From Squalus acanthias (taxonomy: Eukaryota), in NCBI GenBank assembly GCA_030390025.1, contig CM059432.1:98210001-98274000 (forward strand): a DNA stretch of 64,000 nucleotides, read 5' to 3'. A program made the translations under genes and the position numbers. The notes under the pieces are model-generated. The model saw only the letters and a program-made list of their open reading frames with translations. It did no database searches and was not told the DNA's origin. Below are positions 13,250 to 25,915 of this stretch, one piece after another. The first letter of the stretch is position 1. The number at the start of each line of letters is the position of its first letter.

Positions 13250-13580
13250 ATGGGGGAATCTAGAACTAGAGGGCATAGTTTCAGAATAAGGGGTCGCCCA
13301 TTTAAAACTGTGATGAGGAGGAATTTCTTCTCTCAGAGGGTTGTAAATCTGTGGAATTCTCTGCCCCAGAGAGCTGTGGAGGCTGGGTCATTGAATATAT
13401 TTAAAGTGGAGATAGACAGATTTTTTAACAATGAGGGAGTGATGGGTTATTGAGAGCGGGCAGGGAAATGGAGCTGAGCCCAAGATCAGATCAGCCATGA
13501 TCTCATTAAATGGCGGAGCAGGCTCGAGGGGCCAAATGGCCTACTCCTGCTCCTATTTCTTATGTTCTTATGTTCTTATG
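13250..13580 (+). mobile_element. CR1 LINE 3' end
   Basis: SRTRGH...RRNFFSQRVVNLWNSLP; (TATGTTCT)n tail. Confidence 0.9.
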
Positions 13581-13917
13581 AATAGCAGCCACTTATTTAC
13601 CTGCCGTTTACACTTCGGTGAGGTTGACATTAAATTATTGATCAGTCAAATAATTAGAATAAACAAGTGTCAAGTGTCATTTAAAGTCTTTTGGAAGATG
13701 ACCTGTTGATAAAGCACATTGCAGTCTATCATTCTTCAGTGCGAAATAAAAAAATTCCTATAAGGCAGTTGAGTTAATCGCTAGCTTTTTTTTCAGGTTA
13801 CATAACAGTGGATTTAAACTCTATTTTGGTGACATCATGTGATACTTGTAGTACTATTACCACAGAATAAGAGCCAGTGACCATTTGTAGAGACTGTGGG
13901 AGGTACTGTAACAGACA

Positions 13918-14515
13918 GTGGGGTTTCAGGCAGATAAGGGGGCGGGCGAGTATCAAACCATGCTCCCATGCCCCCCTGACGTCATCAATTTGAGGTCCGG
14001 GCCCAAAATATGCAGAAAGAGACAGCATTGTGTCAGCATTGGGAGATCGGGCGGGCTGGAGGCCACCCATCAGCACTCCGGCAAGTTCTGGGCGGTGGGG
14101 TTTGGCCGGGTCTCCCAGGTGGATCGGAGGGGGCAGGGAGGATGAAAGTGGACAGCCTTGGGCAACAGAGGCCCAGACTTTACTGTGGGCCCGGAGGAGC
14201 ACTCCTGCTCCTGCTGGCCGCACAAAGGAAAATTTAACACTTATCTTACACGGCCTTTACTTCCTGCAGACCAGATCTCACTGAGCGGGACGGTCCATGA
14301 CGGTCGCCCTGTGTGTGGGTGGTTAAAATGTCATTATGGTCCGAATGTCAACATCAGACCCTGATTTGCATGTATTAACAAGTCTCCCGCCTGAGTCGAT
14401 TTTTAAAACAAGGGCCAGTTAAGGTGGCAGGGCATCGAATGCCATCGATTTTTCAGAGTTGATTTCAACTCCACCGCTGCCCCATTCTTGCTGGGTGGGG
14501 TGGGTGAAAATCAGG
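13918..14515. mobile_element. Putative non-autonomous DNA-transposon remnant (GC-rich)
   Basis: GC/CpG-rich island in an AT-rich context; shares a GCTCCT(G/C)CTGGCC..CACAA motif with 53310-53740; ends GGGTGAAAATC. Confidence 0.45.
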
Positions 14516-15052
14516 TGTCACATTTAAATTGAGATCCCATTTGCCTTTCTTGATCAACATTACAAATCAAAAAGCCCTTCCAGTAAGGAGCAGCCTATGC
14601 TGCTGATTTTTCTTTGGTTCTTGCTAGTAATGCTGACAACTGCACTGTAAACAGGTCCCAGCAAATTGAGAGAGTAAACCTTGAGTCTATTTGTCACCCG
14701 CGTCTCATCTCCCATGATTTTCAGGCTCCAAAGGACTTTTGCTAGTGAGTGCTCTTACACATTTTGTGTGACGGCCTCATTAAGGCCCTAGAATTTATTT
14801 GAAAGTATATATGAAGTACTCCCTGCTGCAATATCCTGCTTTATCACCAGGATTGCATTGTGTTCCTCGTAAATATTTTGAAAGGGCTCAGTAGAAACTT
14901 CATGTCTGATCGAGTTCTTAAAATGGCCCAGGCTTTGTATGGTTCCTTGACTTCCCTAATTTTTACAATAATTTCTTCGTTATGTGTTTTGACGATATGC
15001 ATTTTTTGACTTTATTCTGGTGCACTTGTTATTCACACATTCATTCACTATG

Positions 15053-15407
15053 TCAGCTGTGGCTCAGTTGTTAGCACCCTCACCCCTGAGTCAGAGGTTG
15101 TGGGTTCATAGTCCCACTCCCGAAACTTGAGCACAAAAAATCTAGGCTGACACTCCAGTGCAGTGCTGAGAGATTGCTTCATTGTCAGAGGTGCTGTCTT
15201 TCAGATGAGACATTAAACCAAGGCCCTGTCTGGTCTCTCAGGTGGATGTAAAAGATCCCATGGCACTATTTCAAAGAAGATCAGGGGAGTTATCCCTGGT
15301 GCCTAAGAAGAAGGTCAATATTTATTCCTCAATCAACATCACAACAACAGATTATCTGGTCCATTATCACATTGCTGTTTCTGGGAGCTTGCTGTGTATA
15401 AATTGGC
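15053..15407 (+). mobile_element. tRNA-derived Deu-domain SINE (SacSINE1/AmnSINE1-like), 3'-truncated
   Basis: Pol III A/B-box-like TGGCTCAGTTG...GGTTCATAGTCCC; core GGTGGATGTAAAAGATCCCATGGCACTATTTC..AGAAGA.CAGGGGAGTT; family assignment from recall. Confidence 0.8.
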
Positions 15408-18400
15408 CCCTTAAATTTAAATTCAGTTAATTAAATAAATCTGGAATAATTACTAGTATCAGTAATGGTGACCATGAAACTATCGGATTGTCGTAAAAAC
15501 CTATCTGGTTCACTAATGTCCATTAGGGAAGGAATCTGCTGTCCTTACCTGGTCTGGCCTATATGTGAATCCAGACCCACAGCAATGTGGTTGACTCTTA
15601 ACTGCCCTCTGAAATGGCTGAGCAAGCCACTCAGTTGTAACAAACCGCTACAAAAAACAATAAATAGAATGAAACCGGACGGACCACCCGGCATCGACCT
15701 CGGCACCAGCTACGGACATGGCAAAGGCATACCCAGCCCAGTTGACCCTGCAAAGTCCTCCTCACCAACATCTGGGGATTTGTGCCAAAAGTGGCAGAGC
15801 TGTCCCACAGACTAGTCAAGCAACATAGTCATACTCACAGAATCATACCTTTCAGCCAATGTCCCAAACTCCTCCATCACCATCCCTGGGTATGACCTGT
15901 CCCACCGGCAGGGGTGGCGGCACAATGGTATACAGTCGGGAAGGAGTGGCCCTGGGAGTCCTCAACATTGACTCCGGACCCCATGAAGTCTCATGGCTTC
16001 AGATCAAGCATGGGCAAGGAAACCTCCTGCTGATTACCACCTACTGCCCTCCCGCAGCTGATGAATCAGTACTCCTCCATGTTGAACACCACTTGGAAGA
16101 AGCACTGAGAGTAGCAAGGGCACAGAATGTTCTCTGGGTGGGGGACTTCAATGTCCATCACCAAGAGTGGCTCGGTAACACCACTACTGACCGAGCTGAC
16201 CGAGTCCTGAAGGACATACTGCCAGTCTGGGCCTGCGACAGGTGGTGAGAGAACCAACATGAGGGAAAAACCTACTTGACCACGTCCTCACCAATCTACC
16301 TGTCGCAGATGCATCTGTCCATGACAGTATTGGTAGCAGTGACCACCGTACAATATTTTGGAGACTAAGTCCCGTCTTCACACTGAGGACACCCTCCATC
16401 GTGTTGTGTGGCACTACCACCGTGCTAAATGGGATAGATTCAGAACAGATCTAGCAGCTCAAAACTGGGCATCCATGAGACGCTGTGGGCCATCAGCAGC
16501 AGCAGAATTGTATTCCACCACAATCTGTAACCTCATGGCCTGGCATATCCCTCACTCTACCATTACCACCAAGCCAGGGGACCAACCCTGGTTCAATAAG
16601 GAGTGTAGAAGAGCATGCCAGGAGCAGCACCAGGCATACCTAAAAATGAGGTGCCAACCTGGGGAGGCTGCAACACAGGATTGCATGCATGCTAAAAAGC
16701 GGAAGCAGCATGCTATAGACAGGGCTAAGCAATCCCACAATCAACGGATCAGATCAAAGCTCTGCAGTCCTGTCACATCCAGTCGTGAATGGTGGTGGAC
16801 CATTAAACAACTAACGGGAGGAGGAGGCTCCATGAATATCTCCATCCTCAATGATGGTGGAGCCCAGCACGTGAGTGCAAAAGACAAGGCTGAAGCGTTT
16901 GCAGCCAGAAGTGCTGAGTGGATGATCCATATCAGCCTCCTCCTGAGGTCCCCACCATCACAGAAGCCAGCCTTCAGTCAATTTGATTCACTCCACATGA
17001 TATCAAGAATCGGCTGAGTGCACTGGATACAGCAAAGGCTATGGGCCCCGGCAACACCCAAGCTATCGTGCTGAAGACTTGTGCTCCAGAACTAGCTGTG
17101 CCTCTAGCCAAGCTGTTCCAGTACAACTACAACACTGGCATCTATCCGACAATGTGGAAAACTGCCCAGGTATGTCTGTCTACAAAAAGCAGGACAAATC
17201 CAATCTAGCCAATTACCACCCATCAGTCTACTCTCAATCATCAACAAAGTGATGGAAGGTGTCATCGACTGTGCTATCAAGCGGCACTTACTCACCAATT
17301 ACCTGCTCACGGATGCCTAGTTTGGCTTCCACCAAGACCACTCGGCTCCCGACCTCATTACAGCCTCAGTGCAAACATGGACAACGGAGCTGAATTCCAG
17401 AGGTGAGGTGAGAGTGACTGCCCTTGACATCAAGGCAGCATTTGACCGAGTGTGGCATCAAGGAGCCCAAGTAAAACTGAAGTTAATGGGAATCAGGGGG
17501 AAAACTCTCCACTGGCTGGAGTCATATTTAGCATAAAGGAAGATGGTTGTGGTGTTTGAAGGTTAATCATCACAGCCCCAGGACATCGCGGCAGGAGATC
17601 CTCAGGGCAGTGTCCTAGGCCCAACCATCTTCAGCTGCTTCATCAATGACCTTCCCTCCAACATAAGGTCAGAAATGGGGATGTTCGTTGATGACTGCAT
17701 AGTGTTTAGTGCCATTCACAACTCTTCAGATAATGAAGCAGTCCATGTCCGCATGCAACAAGACCTGGACAATGTTCAGGCTTGGGCTGATAAGTGGCAG
17801 GTAACAGTCGCGCCACAGAAGCGCCAGGCAATGGCTATCTCCAACAAGCGAGAGTCTAACCACCTCCCCTTGACATTCAATGGTATTACCATCGCCGAAT
17901 CCCCCACCATCAATATCCTGGGGGTCACCATTGACCAGAAACTTAACTGGACCAGCCAAATAAATACTGTGGCAACAAGAGCAGGTCAGAGGCTAGGTAT
18001 TCTGCGGCGAGTGTCTCACCTCCTGACTCCCCAAAGCCTTTCCACCATCTACAAGGCACAAGTAAGGGGTGTGATGGAATACTCTCCACTTGCCTGGATG
18101 AGTGCAGCTCCAACAACACTCAAGAAGCTCGACACCATCCAGGACAAAGCAGCCCGCTTGATTGGCACCCCATCCACCACCTTAAACATTCACTCCCTCC
18201 ACCACCGGCGTACCGGGGCTGCAGTGTGTACCATCTACAAGATGCACTGAAGCAACTCGCCAATGCTCTTCGGCAGCACCTCCCAAACCCGCGACCTCTT
18301 CCACCTAGAAGGACAAGGGCAGCAGGCGCATGGGAACACCACCACCTCCAAGTTCCACTCCAAGGCACACATCATCCTGACATAGAAATATATCACAGTT

Positions 18401-18590
18401 CCTTCATCGTCGCTAGGTCAAAATCCTGAAACTCCCTCCCTAACAGCACTGTGGGAGTACCTTCACCACACGGACTGCAGTGGTTCAAGAAGGCGGCTCA
18501 CCACCACCTTCTCGAGGGCAATTAGGGATGGGCAATAAATGCTGGCCTTGCCAGCGACGCCCACATCCCATGAACGAATAAAAAAAAATA
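15408..18590 (+). mobile_element. Near full-length APE-endonuclease + RT LINE (CR1/L2 group), pseudogenised
   Basis: APE motifs (GGGTMVY, TYCPP, WVGDFNVHH, SDH region), RT motifs (ALDIKAAFDRVWH, PQGSVLGP, FVDD); AATAAA and A-rich tail at ~18577-18590; several frameshifts and stops. Confidence 0.92.
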
Positions 18591-18890
18591 CATCTATGCT
18601 ATTCACCTCACTTACTCCTTATGGTAGCGGGTTCCACATTCTAACCATTCTCTGGGTAAAGAAGTTTCTCCTGAATTCCCTATTGGATTTATTAGTGACT
18701 ATCTTATATTTATGACCCCTAGATTTGCTCTCCCCCCACAAGTGGATACATCTTCTCTATACCTACCCTATCAAACCCTTTCATAATCTTAAAGACTTCT
18801 ACCAGGTCCCCCCTCAGCCTTCTCTTTTCTGGAGAAAAAAGCCCCGTCTGTTCACTCTTTCCTGATAGGTATAACCTCTCAGTTCTGTTC
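18590..18890 (-). mobile_element. CR1 LINE internal 3' fragment
   Basis: GLFSPEKRRLRGDLVEVFKIMKGFDRV in ORF 18719-18955. Confidence 0.85.
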
Positions 18891-18965
18891 TGTATAATGG
18901 GTAGCTGAATTGATATCTTCCATTTTACACTATCATCCAAAGTCAAAATTACCACATTAACAGTA

Positions 18966-19110
18966 GCGCCGGAATTTCCTCGGGGCTTCTCTCACTCCAC
19001 TGCTGTAACTTTGTCAAAAACCCTGTTTTTGCACTTAAAAGGGGGTTCAGTCAACCTTCCACCCAAGTGATAGCTTTGCAGAGGGGCAAGCCCCAAGGAA
19101 TTTCACCCCC
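18966..19110. mobile_element. Very short palindromic MITE-like element
   Basis: GCCGGAATTTCCTCGGGGCTTCTCTC versus GAGGGGCAAGCCCCAAGGAATTTCACCCCC form an imperfect inverted repeat. Confidence 0.6.
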
Positions 19111-19479
19111 AGGTTTTTTTAAGGAATCCTGAAAAAGATAGACCACTACTGTCTGTTAAGTCACTATTATTGAGGCATTTACCAGACTTCAGCACAACGG
19201 AACAGATGAAAAAACAAGAGGGCTCATGAAAAATAAACTCTTCCAATGCCAACTTTCATGGAGGATCAGGGAGCCACAACAAGGCCTCCACGTGAAAATG
19301 ACAGAGCCCGATGGAAGTCGTCAACTCAAAGAAAAATTAATGATGGGGACTGATTTCACAGCATCCCAAAAACATCACTGAAGTGGAAAAAGATGAAAGC
19401 AGGCATGTCAGTGAGATCAGCATGCCCAGAGACATACTGCCATCACCTGCTATTTAATGCTGCCAACCATATCTGCAGG

Positions 19480-19870
19480 CTTTGGCATAACTAACTGCCA
19501 ATGAAAGAGACAACTGCCTCTGCTTGCCACAAGTCAGCAGGGTGCCTGTTGCAAATTTTAACCATCTGCTGCAAGGACAACCTGCAGCAAATTTGCAATG
19601 TAGGGACAGCAATGCCACTGGCATGCAACTTCATCATTACCCTCAGCCTTTATGATTATAACTCATTTTAGACTAATGTGCTGATCACACATGCGTCAGT
19701 TAGGTAACTGATGCATTGGACAGAATTGCCAGCACTTTCAGCTTTCCCATTGAAGAACAAAAAAAGGTACACTGTAGCTGCCCAATTTCTCTACACTGCT
19801 GCATTTCCCAACAATCAAGGTATTGTTGGTCATTGATGGCAGCCGTGTGGTTATCCTGTTCCTCCTCTGG
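19480..19870 (+). pseudogene. Ancient, highly decayed Harbinger transposase remnant
   Basis: Across frameshifts reads F.FP.EEQ...AFP...G...IDGS.V, resembling the GFPxVxGAIDGTHV block. Confidence 0.45.
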
Positions 19871-19973
19871 CACCACACTTGCTCCTTCTCACCTGTGCAT
19901 TCTGCCTCACCTGGTGTTACTTCTTCAGGCTAAGTCACTTCTGTCTGTGTGTAGTTGTGTTGCTGCTTGCAGA

Positions 19974-20179
19974 CATTGGTGAGAGAGATGCAGGGTTCTG
20001 TCGTGTTCTGGTCCATTGGTGAGAGAGATGCAGGGTTCTGTCGTGTTCTGGTCCATTGGTGAGAGAGATGCAGGGTTCTGTCGTGTTCTGGTCCATTGTT
20101 GAGAGAGATGCAGGGTTCTGTCGTGTTCTGGTCCATTGGTGAGAGAGATGCAGGGTTCTGTCGTGTTCTGGTCCATTGG
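19974..20179. repeat. Minisatellite: 5 x 40 bp
   Basis: Unit GAGAGAGATGCAGGGTTCTGTCGTGTTCTGGTCCATTGGT repeated head-to-tail with one internal substitution and no spacers. Confidence 0.97.
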
Positions 20180-20334
20180 CAGTGCTGGTTGGCTACTCTT
20201 CCAAACCTACAATGACACAAAAGGAACAAATGTTAGATCACTGTCTCCAGAGATACCTTCAGACAATGTCTGTATTGCAAGTTTCCGTGTGTGATGTTTG
20301 TGTGGTTCTGTAAATGCTTGTGTAGAAGTAAGTG

Positions 20335-23300
20335 ATTACATAGGATTACATAGGATATACGGCACAGAAACAGGACATTTGGCCCAACCAGTCCATGCCG
20401 GTGTTTATGCTCCACTCGAGCCTCCTCCCGTCTTTCCTCATCTAAATCTATCAGTATAATCCTCTATTCCCTTCTCCCTCATATGCTTGTCTAGCCTCCC
20501 CTTAAATGCATCTATACTATTCACTTCAACCACTCCCTGTGGTAGCAAGTTCCACATTCTCACCACTCCCTGGGTAAAGAAGTTTCTTCTGAATTCCCTA
20601 TTGGATTTCTTGGTGACTATTTTATATTGATGGCCTCTAGGTATGCTCTTCCCCACAAGTGAAAACATTCTCTCTATAAAAATGTTTCATAATTTAAAAG
20701 ACCTCCATTAAGACACCCCTCAGCCTTCTTTTTTCAAGAGAAAAGAGACTCAGTCTGTTCATCCTTTCCTGATATGTATACCCTCGCATTTCTGGTATCA
20801 TCCTTGTAAATCTTCTCTGCACCCTCTCCAGTGCCTCTATATCCTTTTTATAATATGGTGACTAGAACTGTACCCAGTACTCTAAGTGTGGTCTAACCAA
20901 GGTTTGATACAGGTTTACCACAACTTTCCTACTTTTTAATTCTATCCCTCTAAAAATAAACCCTAGTGCTTGGTTTGCTTTTTTATGGCCTTGCTAACCT
21001 CTGTCGCAACTTTTAGTGATTTGTGTATTTGTACTCCGTGATCCCTTTGTTCCTCTACCCCACCCAGACTCGCACCATCCAAGTGATAAGTGACCTCCCT
21101 ATTCTTCCGACCAAAATGTAATACCTCACATTTATCTGTGTTGAAATTCATTTGCCAATTATATGCCCATTCTGCAAGTTTATTAATGTCCTCCTGTAAT
21201 TTGTTGCCGTCCTCCTCAGTATTGACTATCTCCCCCAATTTGGTGTCATCCGCAAATTTAGAAATTGTATTTTTCATTCCAAAGTCTAAATCATTAATAT
21301 AAATTGTGAACAACAGTGGTCCCAGCACTGATCCTTGTGGAGCACCACTACCCACCTTCTGCCACTGTGAATAGCTACCCTTTACCCGTACTCTCTGCTT
21401 TCTGTCTTGAAGCCAGCATTCTGCTACTTGTCCCCTGACTCTGCATTCTCTGACCTTGTTCATCAGTCTATTATGGGGTACCTTATCGAAGGCCTTTTGA
21501 AAATCCAGATAAATTACATCTACTGCATTACCATTGTCTACTCTCTCTGTTCCCTCTTCAAAAAATTCAATAAGGTTGGCAAAGCATGGTTTTCCCTTTT
21601 GAAATCCATGTTGGCTATTCATTATTATATTTTTGGTTTCTAGATTTTCTTCTATTTTCACCTTTAGTAGAGATTCCATTATTTTTCCGACCACTGATGT
21701 TAAGTTGACTGGTCTATAATTCCCTGGACATGTTCTATCCCTCTTCTTAAATATAGGTATTACGTTAGCTATCCGCCAGTCCTCTGGCACTACACCTTTT
21801 TCTAACAAATTATTAAATATGTGTAGTAATGCCTCTGCTATCTCTTCCCTAGATTCTTTTAAAATACGTGGATGCAATCCATCCAGACCAGGGTTTTATC
21901 CTCTTTGAATTTGATTAGTTTATTTAATATATCCCTTCTTTTTATTTTAAATGCACTTATCTCATTACTAATCTCATCATCCAATTTCATGTCCACCTGT
22001 TCTATCTCCCTGGTAAATACTGAAGCAAAATAATTATTTAATATTTCTGCCATCTCTCTATCATTATCTGTGGTATTATCCTGTCTGTCCCTTAAAGGCT
22101 CTATTCCCATCCCAACCTTCCTTTTTTTATTGACGTGCCTGTAAAATATTTTACTATTTTGTTTTATGTTCCTTGATAATTTAATTTCATAGTTCCTCTT
22201 TGCCTTCCTAATTGTTTTTTTCGACATCTCACCTAATCTCTTCATATTCTCCCTTATCATGCACTCCCCTGCTGTCTTTGTACTTTATGTATGCCTCTTT
22301 CCTTACCCTCAATTGTTCCCTTATGGCTTTATTCATCCATGGAGTCTCATTAGTTTGTTTGTTCTTTCATTTTAGCAGAATATATTGTTCCTGCACTCTG
22401 TTGAAGGACGTTTTAAATGTTTCTCATTACTGTTTACATCATTGTTTGCCAATATTGTTGCCCATTTTATTTTCCCAAGTTCTATTCTCAGCCCCTCAAA
22501 ATCAGCTTCTCTCCAATTTATTATCCTGGTTTTCGTCATACTTATGTCCTTCTCAATTATCATCTTAAAGCGTATTATATTATGGTCACTATTGCCTAGA
22601 TGTTCCCCTACTTTTACTTCTCTTGTCTGCTCTGGTTCATTCCCCATTACTAGATCCATTAGCAAATCCACCCTTGTTGGTGTTTTTTACATATTGGGGG
22701 AAAAATCAGTTGGTTGCGCTTCCCGTTAGCACCTTAAGAGGGCGCTAATGGGGCGCAAAGCAACTAGCGCCCGGGCGCGGCGATACATGCGCCACTCGCA
22801 AAATTAACTAGACATTTTGCGGCGGCGCTAAACACTACCGCCATGATCTCCTGCGCCGGCAGAACGTGACGTCAGTCGAGTGCGCAATGCCCCAGTAGCG
22901 CCCCGGAGCGGATATTGAGTGGCGCCCCCTGCCTTACTGCCTGCCGCTAGCAACAACAGGTTGAGGGGAGCCTTTTGCAGTCAGAAAGGGACTGAGGGAG
23001 CGCTATTTAAAGGCGACCGCTTCCTGCCTTTTATTATTGGTGACATTTTTGAACCACGCATTCTGAGAGAGAGAGAGAGACTTCTGAAGAGATTCAACGC
23101 TGTGTGAAGGAGTTTTGGGTACTGAGCAGCACTTTGCAGGTTCATTTTGATTTGCCATTCCTTGTATCGATTTAGAAGAGACTGTGGGGGTTGCACTCTG
23201 AGCTCTTTCCCTGGGCCTCTCCATTGTTCTTTCCAGCAGATTTGATGTACAGGTCTCTCCAGGCCGAGATTCAAGGTTGCAATGAGCAGGATGTGGATGG

Positions 23301-23960
23301 AAAGCAAGATCAACCCTCCCCTTTAAGAACTGGCCGGCACCATTGTGTGTGTGTTCCATTGCTGACTGACATCACATGAGCTTCGCCAGCGCTCTGAGGT
23401 AGCGCCTCGCTCCTCGGCCTTTGCGCCTTAAGACAGATGTGAAGGGCCTAATTTAGCGCTCCAATCCACTCCAGGGGTGATAAAAGCCAAGTTTGCAGTC
23501 GGAGGGGATAATTATCGACAGGCGCTAATCTTTGCGCCCGGCCGATAATTGCGCCCCAAATGGGGCGATACTGAATTTCTCCCCCATTATTGAGTTAGAA
23601 AGGAGTCCTGTACACATTGTAGGAACTCCATTCCCTTATCCCCTTTACCTACCTCTTCTGTCCAATTAATATCGGGGTAGTTGAAATCCCCCATGATTAT
23701 TATTCTATGTTTTTAACTCATTTCCCTAATTTGTCTGCATATTTCTTCCTCCACCTCCCTTCCACTATTTGGTGGTCTGTAGACTATACCTATTAGTGTG
23801 ATTGATCCTTTATTATCTTTTATCTCTATCCATATGGATTCTATTTTTGTCTTGCTGATAGCTGTGTCACTTTTTTCTACTGCCATTATGTTATCCCTGA
23901 TTAGTACATCTACTCCACCTCCCCTTTTTCCATCTCTATGTAGATGTATCTCTCTATAGT
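20335..23960 (-). mobile_element. CR1 LINE ORF2 (APE + RT), decayed and interrupted by a Harbinger MITE
   Basis: ORFs 23713-23979 (GGGV, YRPP), 22372-22671 (SDHN), 20963-21877 (NYRPV, YLDFQKAFDKVPH, QGSVLGP, FADD); tail (GATTACATAG)n at 20335. Confidence 0.93.
22696..23585. mobile_element. Harbinger family A internal-deletion derivative (MITE) inserted in CR1
   Basis: TIRs GGGGGAAAAATCAG / CTGAATTTCTCCCCC, ATT on both sides; keeps both promoter regions and the first Myb codons (MERPRERAQ). Confidence 0.9.
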
Positions 23961-24194
23961 GAGAAGGGGGACAAGACATAAGAGCAGGATTGTACTCAGA
24001 GGCCTGCTGCTTCTAACTCCCTCTAGCCCATTTATGCTATTATGTCCCAGATGTTCAGGATGGCCTCCTCTAAAGGAGAAAAGGGTTTTTGATTCCTGAA
24101 CCTTTCTACAGTTTGGGTCTAGTTTGATGTGCCATTTTGTTTTGGAAGCAGGGAAGTATTCTTGAAATCTGTAAGTTGAAGGGGTACATACATA

Positions 24195-25915
24195 GGGCTG
24201 ATTTTTGCCGGCGCTCAGAGGGCGGGTTCGGAGGCAGGTCATTTGTCAAAATAGCAAAGATTGAAAGCGGTTAGGGAACCCGCTGTCAACCCACCTCCAT
24301 GCGAATCTCTCAGTTGTCGGGTCTGTCGGTGCTCAACAGACCCAACACCAAGTGGCAGGGGAGGCAATTCATATCATTAACTGGGTTGTTAACATCCAAT
24401 TAACTGTTATTTTAAGTCTACATTTCAATTTTATGTGCTCCCCCATAGGTTACCTGTTACTTAGGGAACACGTCAGCTCAGCATGTCGTGAGTGGATTCA
24501 GCATTGAATTATCTCATGACCTGACAGCTGCCAAAGTTGTATAAAAGATCCCGTGTTACAGCTGTTCACTTTCAAAGCTCAGAAACTGTTGGTTACTGCA
24601 TTTGGAAGACATATTGAGCTTTCTGCAGCTTGCAAGTGTTTTGAGCCAACTCTCTATCCAGTGCTACCTCATTGGAACAACGTCTCTCACCATTCACAGA
24701 TTGCTTCTGTCATCTCAACTTCACCTGCCATCTAATCCATCAGCATCATTGCCCTTGAAAATATCTCACCTTGATCCTCAGAATCCCACCAAGATCAGCC
24801 CCAACACCAGCATCACTGGGCACACCAGCTGCAGCAACAACACCATCAGCCTTCTCCGCAATCAACTGATGCTGCACAGGACACAGGGCATCAGCACCCG
24901 ACCACATTGCTGCCTGGGACGCCAGGGATGGCCTCACCATGGCCAGATTTACTTCACTTGATGCTGTACACCCTGGATGCCACACCAACACCATAAAGCA
25001 TCCCTACAATGCCCAAGCCATTCCTTTCACACTCATCACCATTGCGGGGGGTACCGTTATGTCTCACCATTCACTACAACTCACGAACTACTTCCAAAGC
25101 TGCACACAAATCTGTCCAAGAACGCAAAGTGCTGAAATTAAAGGTTTCAATGTTTGACAGCACATTACCATAAACTTCACATGAACATTGGCTAAACCAC
25201 CCAAGTGCCTACCCTTGTGCATTGTTAGTCGGTATGCTTGCAGTAGGGTGAGGGTGAGTATGAGACGTGGCTAGTGAAATGGGGAAGTGATAATGTAGAT
25301 AGAGAAGGATGGGTGGAGGTGTAAGGTAAGTTGGTGTGAGTAAGGATGTGCAGGAGTAGGGTAGGGAAGGCAGAGTGATGTGGATGTGATGAGTGGCACA
25401 GCAGGATGAGGTTGAGTGTGGCGTGGCAGTAACGTTTCATGATCTTCTGAGATCATTGAAAGGTTTGCGCCACTGCAGCCTGGTCCTCCTAATGACATCC
25501 CTGCTTGTGCCCTCCTGTGCAATGTGCAACCAGGCTGTGTTGATCTCCTGGGGAGGTCTCTTCCGCCCATGGGAAGCATATGGAGGGAGTCATGGGAGAG
25601 ACTGGGTGCAGCCGTGCACCTTTGTGCAGTGCTCGTCAGTGTTTGCAGCACCTCAATGCTGTAGAACACTGACAGCACAACTGTCAAAATCAATTTGGAC
25701 ATGGCCCCGGTAAGGAAACCGGCTGATGACGCGTCATCAAATGATGTCATCAGACCCGCTTCCTTTTAATTGGCCGGGAACCTCGCAGGGCGGGCTTAAC
25801 AAGCTCTAATAATGTAAAATCACTTGGAGAGTGCGGGCTGCAGTAGGCAGCGGGCTGGGACCGCGGCACCGACCCCAGCTGCCGTGATCCCGCCTCAGTC
25901 AGCGAAATAGCGGCC
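24195..25915. mobile_element. Non-autonomous Harbinger, family B (long form) with a Myb exon-1 remnant
   Basis: Ends GGGCTGATTTTTGCCGGCGCTCAG / GCGAAATAGCGGCC; minus strand 25440-25575 reads AWLHIAQEGTSRDVIRRTRLQWRKPFNDL. Confidence 0.8.

Noticed and set aside
15053..15120. tRNA gene (also 45865-45932)
   Set aside because: tRNA-like head of a SINE; no complete cloverleaf and it continues into the SINE body
19974..20179. CRISPR-like repeat array
   Set aside because: Units are contiguous and identical with no unique spacers, there are no cas genes, and the context is eukaryotic
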